From positions 755-64,754 of the forward strand of contig CAZKRD010000004.1 in the NCBI GenBank assembly GCA_964555185.1: a stretch of 64,000 nt of DNA, in the 5' to 3' direction. The position numbers and the translations under genes were made by a program. The notes under the pieces are model-generated. The model saw only the letters and a program-made list of their open reading frames with translations, searched no databases and was not told the DNA's origin. The stretch's first letter is position 1, and the number at the start of each line of letters is the position of its first letter. Positions 21,958 through 30,693 of this stretch are shown piece after piece. Source of the DNA: an uncultured Candidatus Saccharibacteria bacterium (GTDB lineage: Bacteria; Patescibacteriota; JAQUNI01).

Positions 21958-23262
21958 ATGAATAAAATTGAAAAAATCACCTCGCTTGCTAAGCGACGGG
22001 GCTTTATTTTTCAGTCCTCGGAGATTTATGGCGGCATTTCTGGCGTTTATGATTATGGGTCGCTGGGTGTGGAGCTTAAGAATAATATTAAAAGATTGTG
22101 GTGGAAGAATATTGTGGGAACCCGAGAGAATGTGGTGGGCTTAGACGCGGCAATCGTGATGCCTCCCAAGGTCTGGGTTGCGTCGGGACACTTGGAGCAT
22201 TTTGTTGATCCGCTTCGTGAATGCAAGAAATGCCGCAAGCGCTTTAGGTCTGATGACTTGAAGAGCAAGAAGAAGTGTCCAGAATGCGGCGGGCTTTTGG
22301 GGCGTGAGCGGACATTTAATATTCTTGTGGAAACCCATCTGGGGCCAGTAAAAGACACTGCGAATCTTGCTTATCTGCGCGGAGAGACAGCGCAGGGAAT
22401 TTTTGTTAATTTTGAGAATGTCAGGGATTCGATGCGCCAGAAGATCCCATTTGGGATTGCCCAGATTGGCAAGGCGTTTCGCAATGAAATCACGCCCGGC
22501 AATTTTATTTTCCGCTTGCGGGAGTTTGAACAAATGGAATTGGAGTATTTCATTGAGCCGGGCAGCCAAAAGAAATGGTTTGACCATTGGAAGCGTGAAC
22601 GGATGGATTGGTATCTCTCTTTAGGTATTGCTCGAGAGAGCCTTCGTTTTTACAAACACAAGAAGAATGAGTTGGCCCATTACGCGGATATGTGTGAGGA
22701 CATAGAATACAAATTTCCCTGGGGCTGGGGGGAATTGGAGGGAATCGCCTCGCGCCGCGATTATGATTTAAAGCAGCACAGCCAGATTTCCGGCAAAGAC
22801 CTTTCCTATTTTGACGAAAAAAAGAATAAGAAGTATATTCCTTTCGTGATTGAGCCGTCAGCCGGTGTTGATCGCCTCGCGCTTGTGCTTTTACTAGATA
22901 GTTATCACGAAGAAGAAGTAAAGGGCCAAAAGCGAGTGGTGATGCGTTTTGACAAGGAACTTGCGCCAGTCAAGGTTGCGGTTCTGCCGCTTCTTAGAAA
23001 CAAAAAAGAATTGACCAAAAAAGCGCGAGAGGTCTATCAGATGCTTTCTGATCAGTTTTTGATTATCTATGACGAGGCCGGTTCGATCGGCCGCCGCTAT
23101 CGCAGGCAGGATGAGATAGGAACCCCTTATTGCGTTACAATTGATTTTGAAAGCCTGGAAGATCAGGCAGTGACTGTTCGGGATCGGGATAGTATGGGGC
23201 AGGAGAGGATAGGGATCAAAGAGTTAGTGGTGTTTTTAGGCGATAGACTAAAAAGGAATTAA
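21958..23262 (+). CDS. glyQS: Glycine--tRNA ligase (alpha2 type)
   Basis: KRRGFIFQSSEIYGG, LR.ETAQG, GKAFRNEITP, IEPSAGVDR, IGRRYRRQDEIGTP. Confidence 0.96.
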   Translation: MNKIEKITSLAKRRGFIFQSSEIYGGISGVYDYGSLGVELKNNIKRLWWKNIVGTRENVVGLDAAIVMPPKVWVASGHLEHFVDPLRECKKCRKRFRSDDLKSKKKCPECGGLLGRERTFNILVETHLGPVKDTANLAYLRGETAQGIFVNFENVRDSMRQKIPFGIAQIGKAFRNEITPGNFIFRLREFEQMELEYFIEPGSQKKWFDHWKRERMDWYLSLGIARESLRFYKHKKNELAHYADMCEDIEYKFPWGWGELEGIASRRDYDLKQHSQISGKDLSYFDEKKNKKYIPFVIEPSAGVDRLALVLLLDSYHEEEVKGQKRVVMRFDKELAPVKVAVLPLLRNKKELTKKAREVYQMLSDQFLIIYDEAGSIGRRYRRQDEIGTPYCVTIDFESLEDQAVTVRDRDSMGQERIGIKELVVFLGDRLKRN

Positions 23263-23370
23263 AAATTCAAAATTCAAAATTCAAAGTTACAGTTTCAAGT
23301 TTAAAGTTTTTAAATTCACAATTTTTAACTTTGAATTTAACTTTGGACTTTGTACTTTGGACTTTGTACT
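23262..23370. repeat. Empty heptamer inverted-arm element (TTCAAAA / ACTTTG(G/T) family)
   Basis: Left arm AAAATTC x3; right arm ACTTTGG ACTTTGT ACTTTGG ACTTTGT. Confidence 0.7.
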
Positions 23371-23376
23371 AAAATT

Positions 23377-24315
23377 ATGACTATTGAGCAAATTTATAAA
23401 TTAGCGATCAAGTTAGGTATTAAGGCGGATCCGAGGCCGAAAGAGCAGATCAAGAAGATTTTGGACCGGGAAAAGAAGAAATACAAAGCATTGCGCAAAG
23501 TTTTGCGCGAGATTTTTGATCTGGAGAGACTGGCTAATCCTTACGCGGATACGCGGATTCTGTTCGGAGACCCCAATAAATCGGTTAAGAGGGTACTGAC
23601 AGGGATTGATATTGGTTCAGGCGAGGTAATGTTAGCAGATAAGTTAGGGGATATTGATCTGATTATTTCGCACCATCCGATAGGCCTGGCCCTAGCCGGC
23701 TTGGATGGGGTGATGGAACTGCAGGCGGATGTTTTGGCTTCCTATGGCATTCCGATCAATATTGCCGAGTGTTTGATTGAAAAGAGGATGAGCGAGGTTG
23801 CCCGCGGATTAGCGCCGGTAAATCACGCGAGAGCTTTAGACACCGCGCGGATTTTAGAGATTCCATTGATCTGTACGCATACGCCCTGTGATAATTTGGT
23901 GTATCAAGCAGTGAACAAAAAAATTGTTCAAGCTAAAAATATCAACACGGTCGGGGATGTCATTGATTTGCTCTATACTTTCCCTGAATACAAAGAAGCC
24001 GCCAGGTGTGGCGCTGGCCCAATGGTCTTTGCGGGCAAAAAAGAGCGCAGAGTGGGCAAGATTTGCCTCTCGGAAATCACGGGCGGCACGGAAGGGAACA
24101 AGGAAATCTTTAAATATATGGCCCAGGCAGGGATCGGCACGGTGATTGGGATGCATATGTCTGAGCCCAATCGCAAAGAAGCAGAAAAACATCACCTGAA
24201 TGTGATCATTGCCGGCCACATCGCTTCGGATTCAGTGGGGATGAATGTATTTCTCAACGAGCTAGTAAAAAAAGGCGTTGAGGTTATAACTTGTTCGGGG
24301 CTGATTCGGAAATAA
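23377..24315 (+). CDS. NIF3-like dinuclear metal-binding protein
   Basis: NPY.D.RIL, GIDI, HHP, HTP.DN, MH, AGHIASDS.GMN; ATG at 23377. Confidence 0.8.
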   Translation: MTIEQIYKLAIKLGIKADPRPKEQIKKILDREKKKYKALRKVLREIFDLERLANPYADTRILFGDPNKSVKRVLTGIDIGSGEVMLADKLGDIDLIISHHPIGLALAGLDGVMELQADVLASYGIPINIAECLIEKRMSEVARGLAPVNHARALDTARILEIPLICTHTPCDNLVYQAVNKKIVQAKNINTVGDVIDLLYTFPEYKEAARCGAGPMVFAGKKERRVGKICLSEITGGTEGNKEIFKYMAQAGIGTVIGMHMSEPNRKEAEKHHLNVIIAGHIASDSVGMNVFLNELVKKGVEVITCSGLIRK

Positions 24316-24447
24316 ATTCAGAAATCCAAAGTCTAAAACCCAAATGTCAAATCAAAACTAAATGACAAATATCAAATTCTTGGATTTTGGAATTGATTTG
24401 GCATTCGTCTCGCCTGTCGGGAGGCAGGGATTTTGAAATTTGAAATT
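24314..24447. repeat. Empty heptamer inverted-arm element with nested GC-rich palindrome
   Basis: Left arm CAAATGT/CAAATCA-type units; right arm TTTGAAA-type units, interrupted by CGTCTCGCCTGTCGGGAGGCAGG. Confidence 0.65.
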
Positions 24448-24449
24448 AA

Positions 24450-25715
24450 ATGTTTTCTAAACACGTTTTCAAAAATGGCTTGCGCGTGGTTACGGTGCCG
24501 CTTAAGAATACCAAGACGGTTACGGTTTTGGTGATGGTGGAGACCGGTTCAAAGTATGAGACTAAAAAGACAAACGGAATTTCCCATTTTTTAGAGCATA
24601 TGTTTTTTAAGGGGACCAAGAGGAGGCCGGATACCTTGAGTTTGGCCTTGGAGATTGACCGGATTGGGGGCGAGCACAATGCTTTTACGGCGAAGGAATT
24701 CACAGGCTATTACGGAAAAGCAGCCAGGAAGCATCAAGATCTGCTCTTGGATCTTATTTCGGATATGTATCTGCATTCTAAGCTAGAGCAAGCAGAGATT
24801 GAGCGGGAGCGGGGCGTGATTTGCGAGGAGATCAATATGCGCCAAGATCTGCCAATGGTTTTGGTTTCTGATCTTTTTGAAAAATTGCTTTATCCTGATC
24901 AGCCGGCAGGCAGGCTGACGATTGGGACAAAGGAGAATATTGGCTCATTTATGAGAGAGGATTTGGAAGAGTACTTGGCGAAACATTATTTAGCTTCTAA
25001 TACCATTATTTTCGCGGCCGGTGATTTAACAGGGGCGGAAGTTCAAAGGAAGGCGCAAAAATATTTTGGCAAAGTGAGAAGCGGCGACCCTCCAAAGAAG
25101 CGGCCGGTTCGGGAGAGACAAAAAGAGTCCCAGATTTTGGTTCGTAAAAAAGAGACGGATCAGACCCATCTTTCTTTAGGTTTGCGGGCCTATTCGGCAA
25201 AACACCCTGATTATTTTAGTTTGAAGGTGTTGTCCGCGGTTTTAGGCGAAGGGATGAGTTCGCGGCTTTTCATTTCAGTGCGGGAAAGAAGAGGTCTTGC
25301 TTACTATATTCAAAGTGAATTGTCCGCCTATACTGATTCAGGCTACCTTGCCGTTCAGGCCGGAGTTCCTAATGATAAATTGGACCAGGCAGTAAAAGTT
25401 ATTTTAGAGGAATTTAATAAGATTAAAGATAAAGAGATAGACAAGAAAGAACTTAAAAAATCAAAAGAATATCTTAAAGGCAAACTCCTTTTAGATTTAG
25501 AAACATCAGACGAGCTTGCTTTTTGGCTGGCTGGCCAGGAGGTTCTAAGGGGCAAGATGCTGGAAGTGCCGCAGGTATTGAAAAGAATTGACGCGGTTTC
25601 TGAATCTGATCTTAAGCGGATCGGGCAAGATATTTTTCAAAACCAGAACTTGAATCTAGCGGTGATTGGTCCTGGGAAGGACGAGGAGGACCTGAAGAAA
25701 ATCTTAAAATTTTAA
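24450..25715 (+). CDS. M16 family (pitrilysin-like) zinc peptidase
   Basis: Inverted zincin motif HFLEH, NAFT, SSRLF..VRE.RGLAY. Confidence 0.93.
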   Translation: MFSKHVFKNGLRVVTVPLKNTKTVTVLVMVETGSKYETKKTNGISHFLEHMFFKGTKRRPDTLSLALEIDRIGGEHNAFTAKEFTGYYGKAARKHQDLLLDLISDMYLHSKLEQAEIERERGVICEEINMRQDLPMVLVSDLFEKLLYPDQPAGRLTIGTKENIGSFMREDLEEYLAKHYLASNTIIFAAGDLTGAEVQRKAQKYFGKVRSGDPPKKRPVRERQKESQILVRKKETDQTHLSLGLRAYSAKHPDYFSLKVLSAVLGEGMSSRLFISVRERRGLAYYIQSELSAYTDSGYLAVQAGVPNDKLDQAVKVILEEFNKIKDKEIDKKELKKSKEYLKGKLLLDLETSDELAFWLAGQEVLRGKMLEVPQVLKRIDAVSESDLKRIGQDIFQNQNLNLAVIGPGKDEEDLKKILKF

Positions 25716-25725
25716 ACAAGAATTT

Positions 25726-26781
25726 ATGATCAAAAAACAAATTACTTTCGACATTTCGTCAATGACGATTGTTAAGATTGTCTTCGTCCTTTTGGGTTTA
25801 ACGGTTTTGTATTTAGTCCGGGACATCATTGCTATTTTATTCACTAGTGTTGTGATCGCCGCGGCCTTAAACAGAACAGTGAATCGGCTGCAAAAGAAGA
25901 AGGTGCCGCGCTCTTTGAGCGTGATTTTGATTTATCTGATTCTGATTAGCGTGATCACCCTGTCTATTTATCTTCTGATCCCGCCGATTACTACTCAAAT
26001 CAAGGAGTTGTCCAGTCAGTTCCCTGATCTTTACGATAGATTCATCCCTCGGATTTTGGGGATAGAGGGTTTTTCCTTGAGAGAGGAGTTTGTTGCCGGC
26101 ACCCAAGGGCTTCTTTCTTCTTTAGGCGATAACATCACCTCTGCCGGCCGGACTGTTTTTAGTACTTTGGGGACTATTTTTGGGGGCATTATTTCCGCGA
26201 TCGCGGTTCTGGCTTTATCTTTTTATTTGATTGTTCAAGAGAATGCTTTGAAAAATTTTATCCGCCTGTGCGTGCCAAAGCGCCGCTCGCCTTACATCAT
26301 TGATTTAATTGACCGGATTAACGGAAAGATTGGGAGATGGCTTTCGGGCCAGATTATTCTTTGTATTGTGGTCGGACTTTTTACTTTCTTGGGTTTATGG
26401 CTTTTGGGAGTGCGGTACGCTTTGGTTTTGGCGATTTTTGCCGGACTGACTGAGATCGTCCCTTATATCGGTCCGATCATTGGCGCAATTCCCGCGATTT
26501 TCCTTGCTTTTATCCAATCGCCTCTCTTGGCCCTGTTTGTGGTTATCCTCTATTTTATAGTCCAACAGCTTGAAAACCATGTTTTTGTTCCTAAGATAAT
26601 GCAGAAAGCGATTGGGCTTAATCCCGTGGTTGTGATCTGCGCTTTGTTGATTGGAGGCAAGCTTGCTGGTATTTTGGGGATGATTTTGGCCGTGCCCGTG
26701 GCCACGGGGATTTCGGTTTTTGTCAAGGATTATGTTCAAGGAAACACGAAGGGCAAAACGAAAAAGGCAAAAGTTAATTAG
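25726..26781 (+). CDS. AI-2E family transporter
   Basis: Multi-TM; PYIGP, QQLENH...PK, G.LGM.LAVP. Confidence 0.9.
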   Translation: MIKKQITFDISSMTIVKIVFVLLGLTVLYLVRDIIAILFTSVVIAAALNRTVNRLQKKKVPRSLSVILIYLILISVITLSIYLLIPPITTQIKELSSQFPDLYDRFIPRILGIEGFSLREEFVAGTQGLLSSLGDNITSAGRTVFSTLGTIFGGIISAIAVLALSFYLIVQENALKNFIRLCVPKRRSPYIIDLIDRINGKIGRWLSGQIILCIVVGLFTFLGLWLLGVRYALVLAIFAGLTEIVPYIGPIIGAIPAIFLAFIQSPLLALFVVILYFIVQQLENHVFVPKIMQKAIGLNPVVVICALLIGGKLAGILGMILAVPVATGISVFVKDYVQGNTKGKTKKAKVN

Positions 26782-26841
26782 CGAATTAACGGATTAAAGG
26801 ATTAATTTTTAAATTCGTAATCCGTTAATTCGGTAATCCGT
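26776..26841. repeat. Inverted-arm element with 8-nt units
   Basis: GCGAATTA ACGGATTA AAGGATTA facing TAATCCGT TAATTCGG TAATCCGT. Confidence 0.65.
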
Positions 26842-26847
26842 CAAATT

Positions 26848-27534
26848 GTGTTGTATATCATCGCTACTCCCATTGGTAATTTGGAGGATTTAAGCTTGCG
26901 GGCTCTGCGGGTGTTGCGCGGGGTGGATTTGATTTTGTGTGAAGACACGCGGACTACAGGGAAGCTAGTAAAGCACTATCAAATCAAGACACGTCTTTTA
27001 AGCTATCATACTCATTCAGGCGAGAAACGGACGAGCCGCATTTTGAATTTATTGAAAGAGGGCAAGGATTTAGCCCTGGTTACTGATTCGGGCACACCTG
27101 GGATCTCTGACCCCGGCGCAAGATTGATCGGCCAGTTGGTCTCCGAAGATCCCGAGGCGGAGATTTTTTGTGTTCCCGGGCCTTCTGCTTTGACTGCTGC
27201 TGCTTCTCTTTCTGCTTTTCCGACCAATCGATTTTTATTTTTAGGATTCTTGCCGCGCAAAAAAGGAAGAAAAAAATTATTAGAGTCACTGCCGCAAACC
27301 AAGGGGACCATCATTTTTTACGAGTCCCCTTATCGGATTAAAAAAACCCTCAAAGAATTGCAGGGAATTTTGCAAAATCGGCCAATTGAAGTTTTTCGGG
27401 AATTAACTAAAAAATTTGAAACAATTTACCGCGGTCAGGCCAAAGAGGTTTTGGCGAATCTGCCGGATAAAGTGCGGGGAGAGATTGTGGTCATTATTGG
27501 ACCGTCCTTTTTGACCCGAGAGAACAAATCTTGA
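26848..27534 (+). CDS. rsmI: 16S rRNA C1402 2'-O-methyltransferase
   Basis: LYIIATPIGNLED, CEDTR, DSGTPGISDPG, YESPYR, RELTKKFE. Confidence 0.95.
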   Translation: MLYIIATPIGNLEDLSLRALRVLRGVDLILCEDTRTTGKLVKHYQIKTRLLSYHTHSGEKRTSRILNLLKEGKDLALVTDSGTPGISDPGARLIGQLVSEDPEAEIFCVPGPSALTAAASLSAFPTNRFLFLGFLPRKKGRKKLLESLPQTKGTIIFYESPYRIKKTLKELQGILQNRPIEVFRELTKKFETIYRGQAKEVLANLPDKVRGEIVVIIGPSFLTRENKS

Positions 27535-27547
27535 AGCTGTTTAACTC

Positions 27548-27814
27548 TTAAGCTTCTATTTTTGTCTGTTCGTTTGTTCTTCCGCCAGAGACGGCTTTTA
27601 ACGCTTTTTCCTCCAAGATTTTTATAATCTTTTTTGTTATTTGGGATTTTCCGGGATTGTTTGAGAACTGGGTTGCCGCATGGGTAATTTGGGCGATCGC
27701 TGTTCTTTGGTCATCAAGCTGGGAAACAATCTCCAAAGCTTTTTCCGCCAGGGAGTTTTTGCCCGTGTTCAGGACTTCAAAGAACAAGTCCCAAAATGCT
27801 TTCTTTTGATCCAT
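27548..27814 (-). CDS. Small hypothetical protein
   Basis: 88-aa ATG ORF filling the rsmI-metG gap; no family recognised. Confidence 0.5.
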   Translation of the reverse strand: MDQKKAFWDLFFEVLNTGKNSLAEKALEIVSQLDDQRTAIAQITHAATQFSNNPGKSQITKKIIKILEEKALKAVSGGRTNEQTKIEA

Positions 27815-27855
27815 TTTAGATAGTTAATTTTCTAAGATATTTAATTTTAGCACAA

Positions 27856-29277
27856 TTGAAATCTGTGTCAACAGAGAAGAAATTTTATATCACCACCCCG
27901 ATTTATTATGTCAATGATAAACCGCATGCCGGCCACGCTTACACCACGATTGCAGCGGATGTTTTAGCGCGCTGGCATAGAATCCAAGGAAAGGATGTTT
28001 TCTTTTTGACTGGGACGGATGAGCATGGAGCGAAAGTAGCAGAAGCAGCAAGCGTGGCTGGTAGAAAACCAAAAGAATTTTGTGATCAAATCGCAGGCAA
28101 GTTTAAGCAGGCCTGGCAAAACCTGAATATTGATTATGACTATTTTATTCGCACTACTGATCCCAAACACCAAAAGGGAGTTATTGATTTTTTGACTCGG
28201 CTAAAAAAGGAAGGTTATCTGTATGAAAAGGATTACTCCGGATTATACTGCGTTGGTTGTGAGAAGTTTATTACGGAAAAGGAATTAGTAGGCGGGAAAT
28301 GTCCAGACCACGGCCAGGTGCCGGAACAAGTCACGGAAAAGAACTGGTTTTTTAAACTCAAGGAATTTTTGCCTCGGGTGAAAAAAAAGATATCAAAAGG
28401 TGAACTCAAGATTGAGCCAGAGAGCGCTCTCGGGGAGACGATGGGACTCTTGAAGCAAGACTTAGATGACTTTTCTGTTTCGCGCCAGAGAGTAGATTGG
28501 GGGATTAAACTCCCCTGGGATCAGAAACAGAGTATCTACGTTTGGATAGACGCGCTGTTGAATTATTGGACCGCGGTAAAAGAAGCGGGGCGCGGGAAAT
28601 ATTGGCCGCCGGATTTGCATTTGATTGGCAAGGATATTTTGAAATTTCACGCTGTCTTCTGGCCGGCAATGCTGCTCGCGGCAGGCGAAGATTTGCTGCC
28701 TCGCCAGATTTTTGTCCATGGTTACTTCACGATCAATGGCCAGAAGATGTCCAAGACCCTGGGTAATGTGATTGACCCCAATGACCTGGTAAAGAAATAC
28801 GGCGCGGACGCAACCCGCTATTTGCTCTTGAGCCAATTTCCTTTTGGGAGCGATGGAGATATATCCCTTGCGAAATTAACCACAACCTATAATGCGGATT
28901 TAGCGAACGGTTTAGGGAACTTGGTGGCCAGAGTAATAAATTTCCAATTTCCAATTTCCAATTTCCAAATAAATCCCAATTTCCAATTTCCAAACTCCAA
29001 ACTTCGTAAATATAATGATTTAATGAAAGAATTAAAGTTGTTTGAGGTAGTAAAGTTTATTAGAGAGAAGATTAAAGAGTGCAATAATCTTATTGAAAAA
29101 GAGAAACCCTGGGAAATAAAAGAAAGGAATAAATTAGAGAAAATTATTGATCCGATTCTTTTGAAAATTATTACTGTCGCTGAAATGATTCGGCCTTTTA
29201 TGCCGGATACGTATAATAAGATTCAGAGGATACTGAAAACAGGAAAGAAAGAGATATTGTTTCCGAGGGTAAAATAA
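27856..29277 (+). CDS. metG: Methionine--tRNA ligase (short form) with heptamer-arm insertion
   Basis: FYITTPIYYVN..PH.GHAY, TGTDEHG, YVWIDAL, GKDI..FH, KMSKT; exact start uncertain. Confidence 0.95.
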   Translation: MKSVSTEKKFYITTPIYYVNDKPHAGHAYTTIAADVLARWHRIQGKDVFFLTGTDEHGAKVAEAASVAGRKPKEFCDQIAGKFKQAWQNLNIDYDYFIRTTDPKHQKGVIDFLTRLKKEGYLYEKDYSGLYCVGCEKFITEKELVGGKCPDHGQVPEQVTEKNWFFKLKEFLPRVKKKISKGELKIEPESALGETMGLLKQDLDDFSVSRQRVDWGIKLPWDQKQSIYVWIDALLNYWTAVKEAGRGKYWPPDLHLIGKDILKFHAVFWPAMLLAAGEDLLPRQIFVHGYFTINGQKMSKTLGNVIDPNDLVKKYGADATRYLLLSQFPFGSDGDISLAKLTTTYNADLANGLGNLVARVINFQFPISNFQINPNFQFPNSKLRKYNDLMKELKLFEVVKFIREKIKECNNLIEKEKPWEIKERNKLEKIIDPILLKIITVAEMIRPFMPDTYNKIQRILKTGKKEILFPRVK

Positions 29278-29307
29278 CTTTTAACTTTGCACTTTGCACT
29301 TTAAACT

Positions 29308-30087
29308 ATGATTGATACCCATGGTCATTTGAATTTTGAAGCCTTTGTGGAGGATTATAGGGAGGTGATTGCCAGGTCAGAGCAAGGAGGGATCAAGGCG
29401 ATTGTCAATGTCGGCTCCCAGTTTGAGACAAGCGCTAAGGCTCTACGGATCGCGGAAGAGAGCAAAATCTGTTTTGCCAGCATTGGCGTGCACCCGATCC
29501 ATTCTTCAGGGGTTCAGGATCTAGGGAAAAAGGAAATTTTTACTAAACTTTCTAAATTAGCGGAAAATAAAAAAGTTGTCGCGATTGGGGAGACAGGCCT
29601 GGACTATTATCACCTACCCCCGGATTCTCCAGCAGAGGCGCGGCAAGAGCAAAAAGAATTATTTAGAATTCATCTGGAAGCAGCAGAAAAGAAAAAACTG
29701 CCAATTATTTTGCATTGCCGGAATGCTTACGAGGATTTATTGGAGATTCTTCCAAAGGGAACGAAGGGAGTAATCCATTGTTTTTGCGGGAGCAAGGAGA
29801 TCGCCCAAAAGTTTTTAAACCTTGGTTTTTACATCGGCTTTACGGGCATGATCACTTATCCGGGCAATCAGTTTTTAGAGGAGGCAGTAAAAGCAGTACC
29901 TTTAGAGAAAATTTTGGCGGAAACCGATTGTCCTTATCTCGCGCCGCAGGCAAAGCGGGGCGAGCGCAACGAGCCGCTGTTTGTGCGGTATGTGATTTTA
30001 AAGATCGCGGAGGTTTTGGGTTTGACCCTCCAACAGGTGGAGCAGGCGACAGATCAGAACGCGAGGAGGTTGTTTGAATTAAGATAG
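29308..30087 (+). CDS. tatD: TatD family hydrolase
   Basis: DTHGH, GVHP, IGETGLD, H.R, HCF, ETD.PYLAP. Confidence 0.93.
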   Translation: MIDTHGHLNFEAFVEDYREVIARSEQGGIKAIVNVGSQFETSAKALRIAEESKICFASIGVHPIHSSGVQDLGKKEIFTKLSKLAENKKVVAIGETGLDYYHLPPDSPAEARQEQKELFRIHLEAAEKKKLPIILHCRNAYEDLLEILPKGTKGVIHCFCGSKEIAQKFLNLGFYIGFTGMITYPGNQFLEEAVKAVPLEKILAETDCPYLAPQAKRGERNEPLFVRYVILKIAEVLGLTLQQVEQATDQNARRLFELR

Positions 30088-30093
30088 TCATTT

Positions 30094-30693
30094 ATGCAGA
30101 AGTCGCAACATCACCGAAGATCGATTAGGTTGCCGACGTATGATTATTCGCTACCGGGACATTATTTTGTGACGATTTGTTCTTATCAATGGCAGGAAAT
30201 ATTCGGGGAGATTGCTGTAGGGGCGACCCGTGGGTCGCCCGTGATGGCTTTGAATAAATACGGTGAAATTGTTCGTAATATTTGGCATACAATTCCGGAT
30301 CACCACCCCGTTGCTTTAGACGCGTTTCAAATGATGCCTAACCATATACATTTTATCATTCAACTATTGGGCAATCGTTCGGGCGGGTCACGACCCGCCC
30401 CTACGCTGGGTATTGTTGTCGGTCTATTTAAATCCGAATGCACAAAACAGATCAGACGGGCTATGGGCGATGCTAACAAAATTATTTGGCAGCGCAACTA
30501 TTACGAACACATCATCAAAACCGAAGAGTCCCTAAACCAAACCCGCGAATACATAGTTAAAAATCTAATCAGCTGGGAATTTGATTGCAACAATCCACTT
30601 AACATTTATGGAAAAATACAATCCTCAAAAAATCGAACCCAAGTGGCAAAAACAGTGGGAGAAGGAGGGCTTGAACCGGGCCCGGGATTTTAG
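30094..30693 (+). mobile_element. REP-associated tyrosine transposase (RAYT, HUH/Y1 family)
   Basis: HHRRSIRL..YDYS.PG.YFVTIC, MPNHIH (HUH), WQRNYYEHII, YI..N; two REPs inside the ORF; 3' end overlaps the leuS start. Confidence 0.9.
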
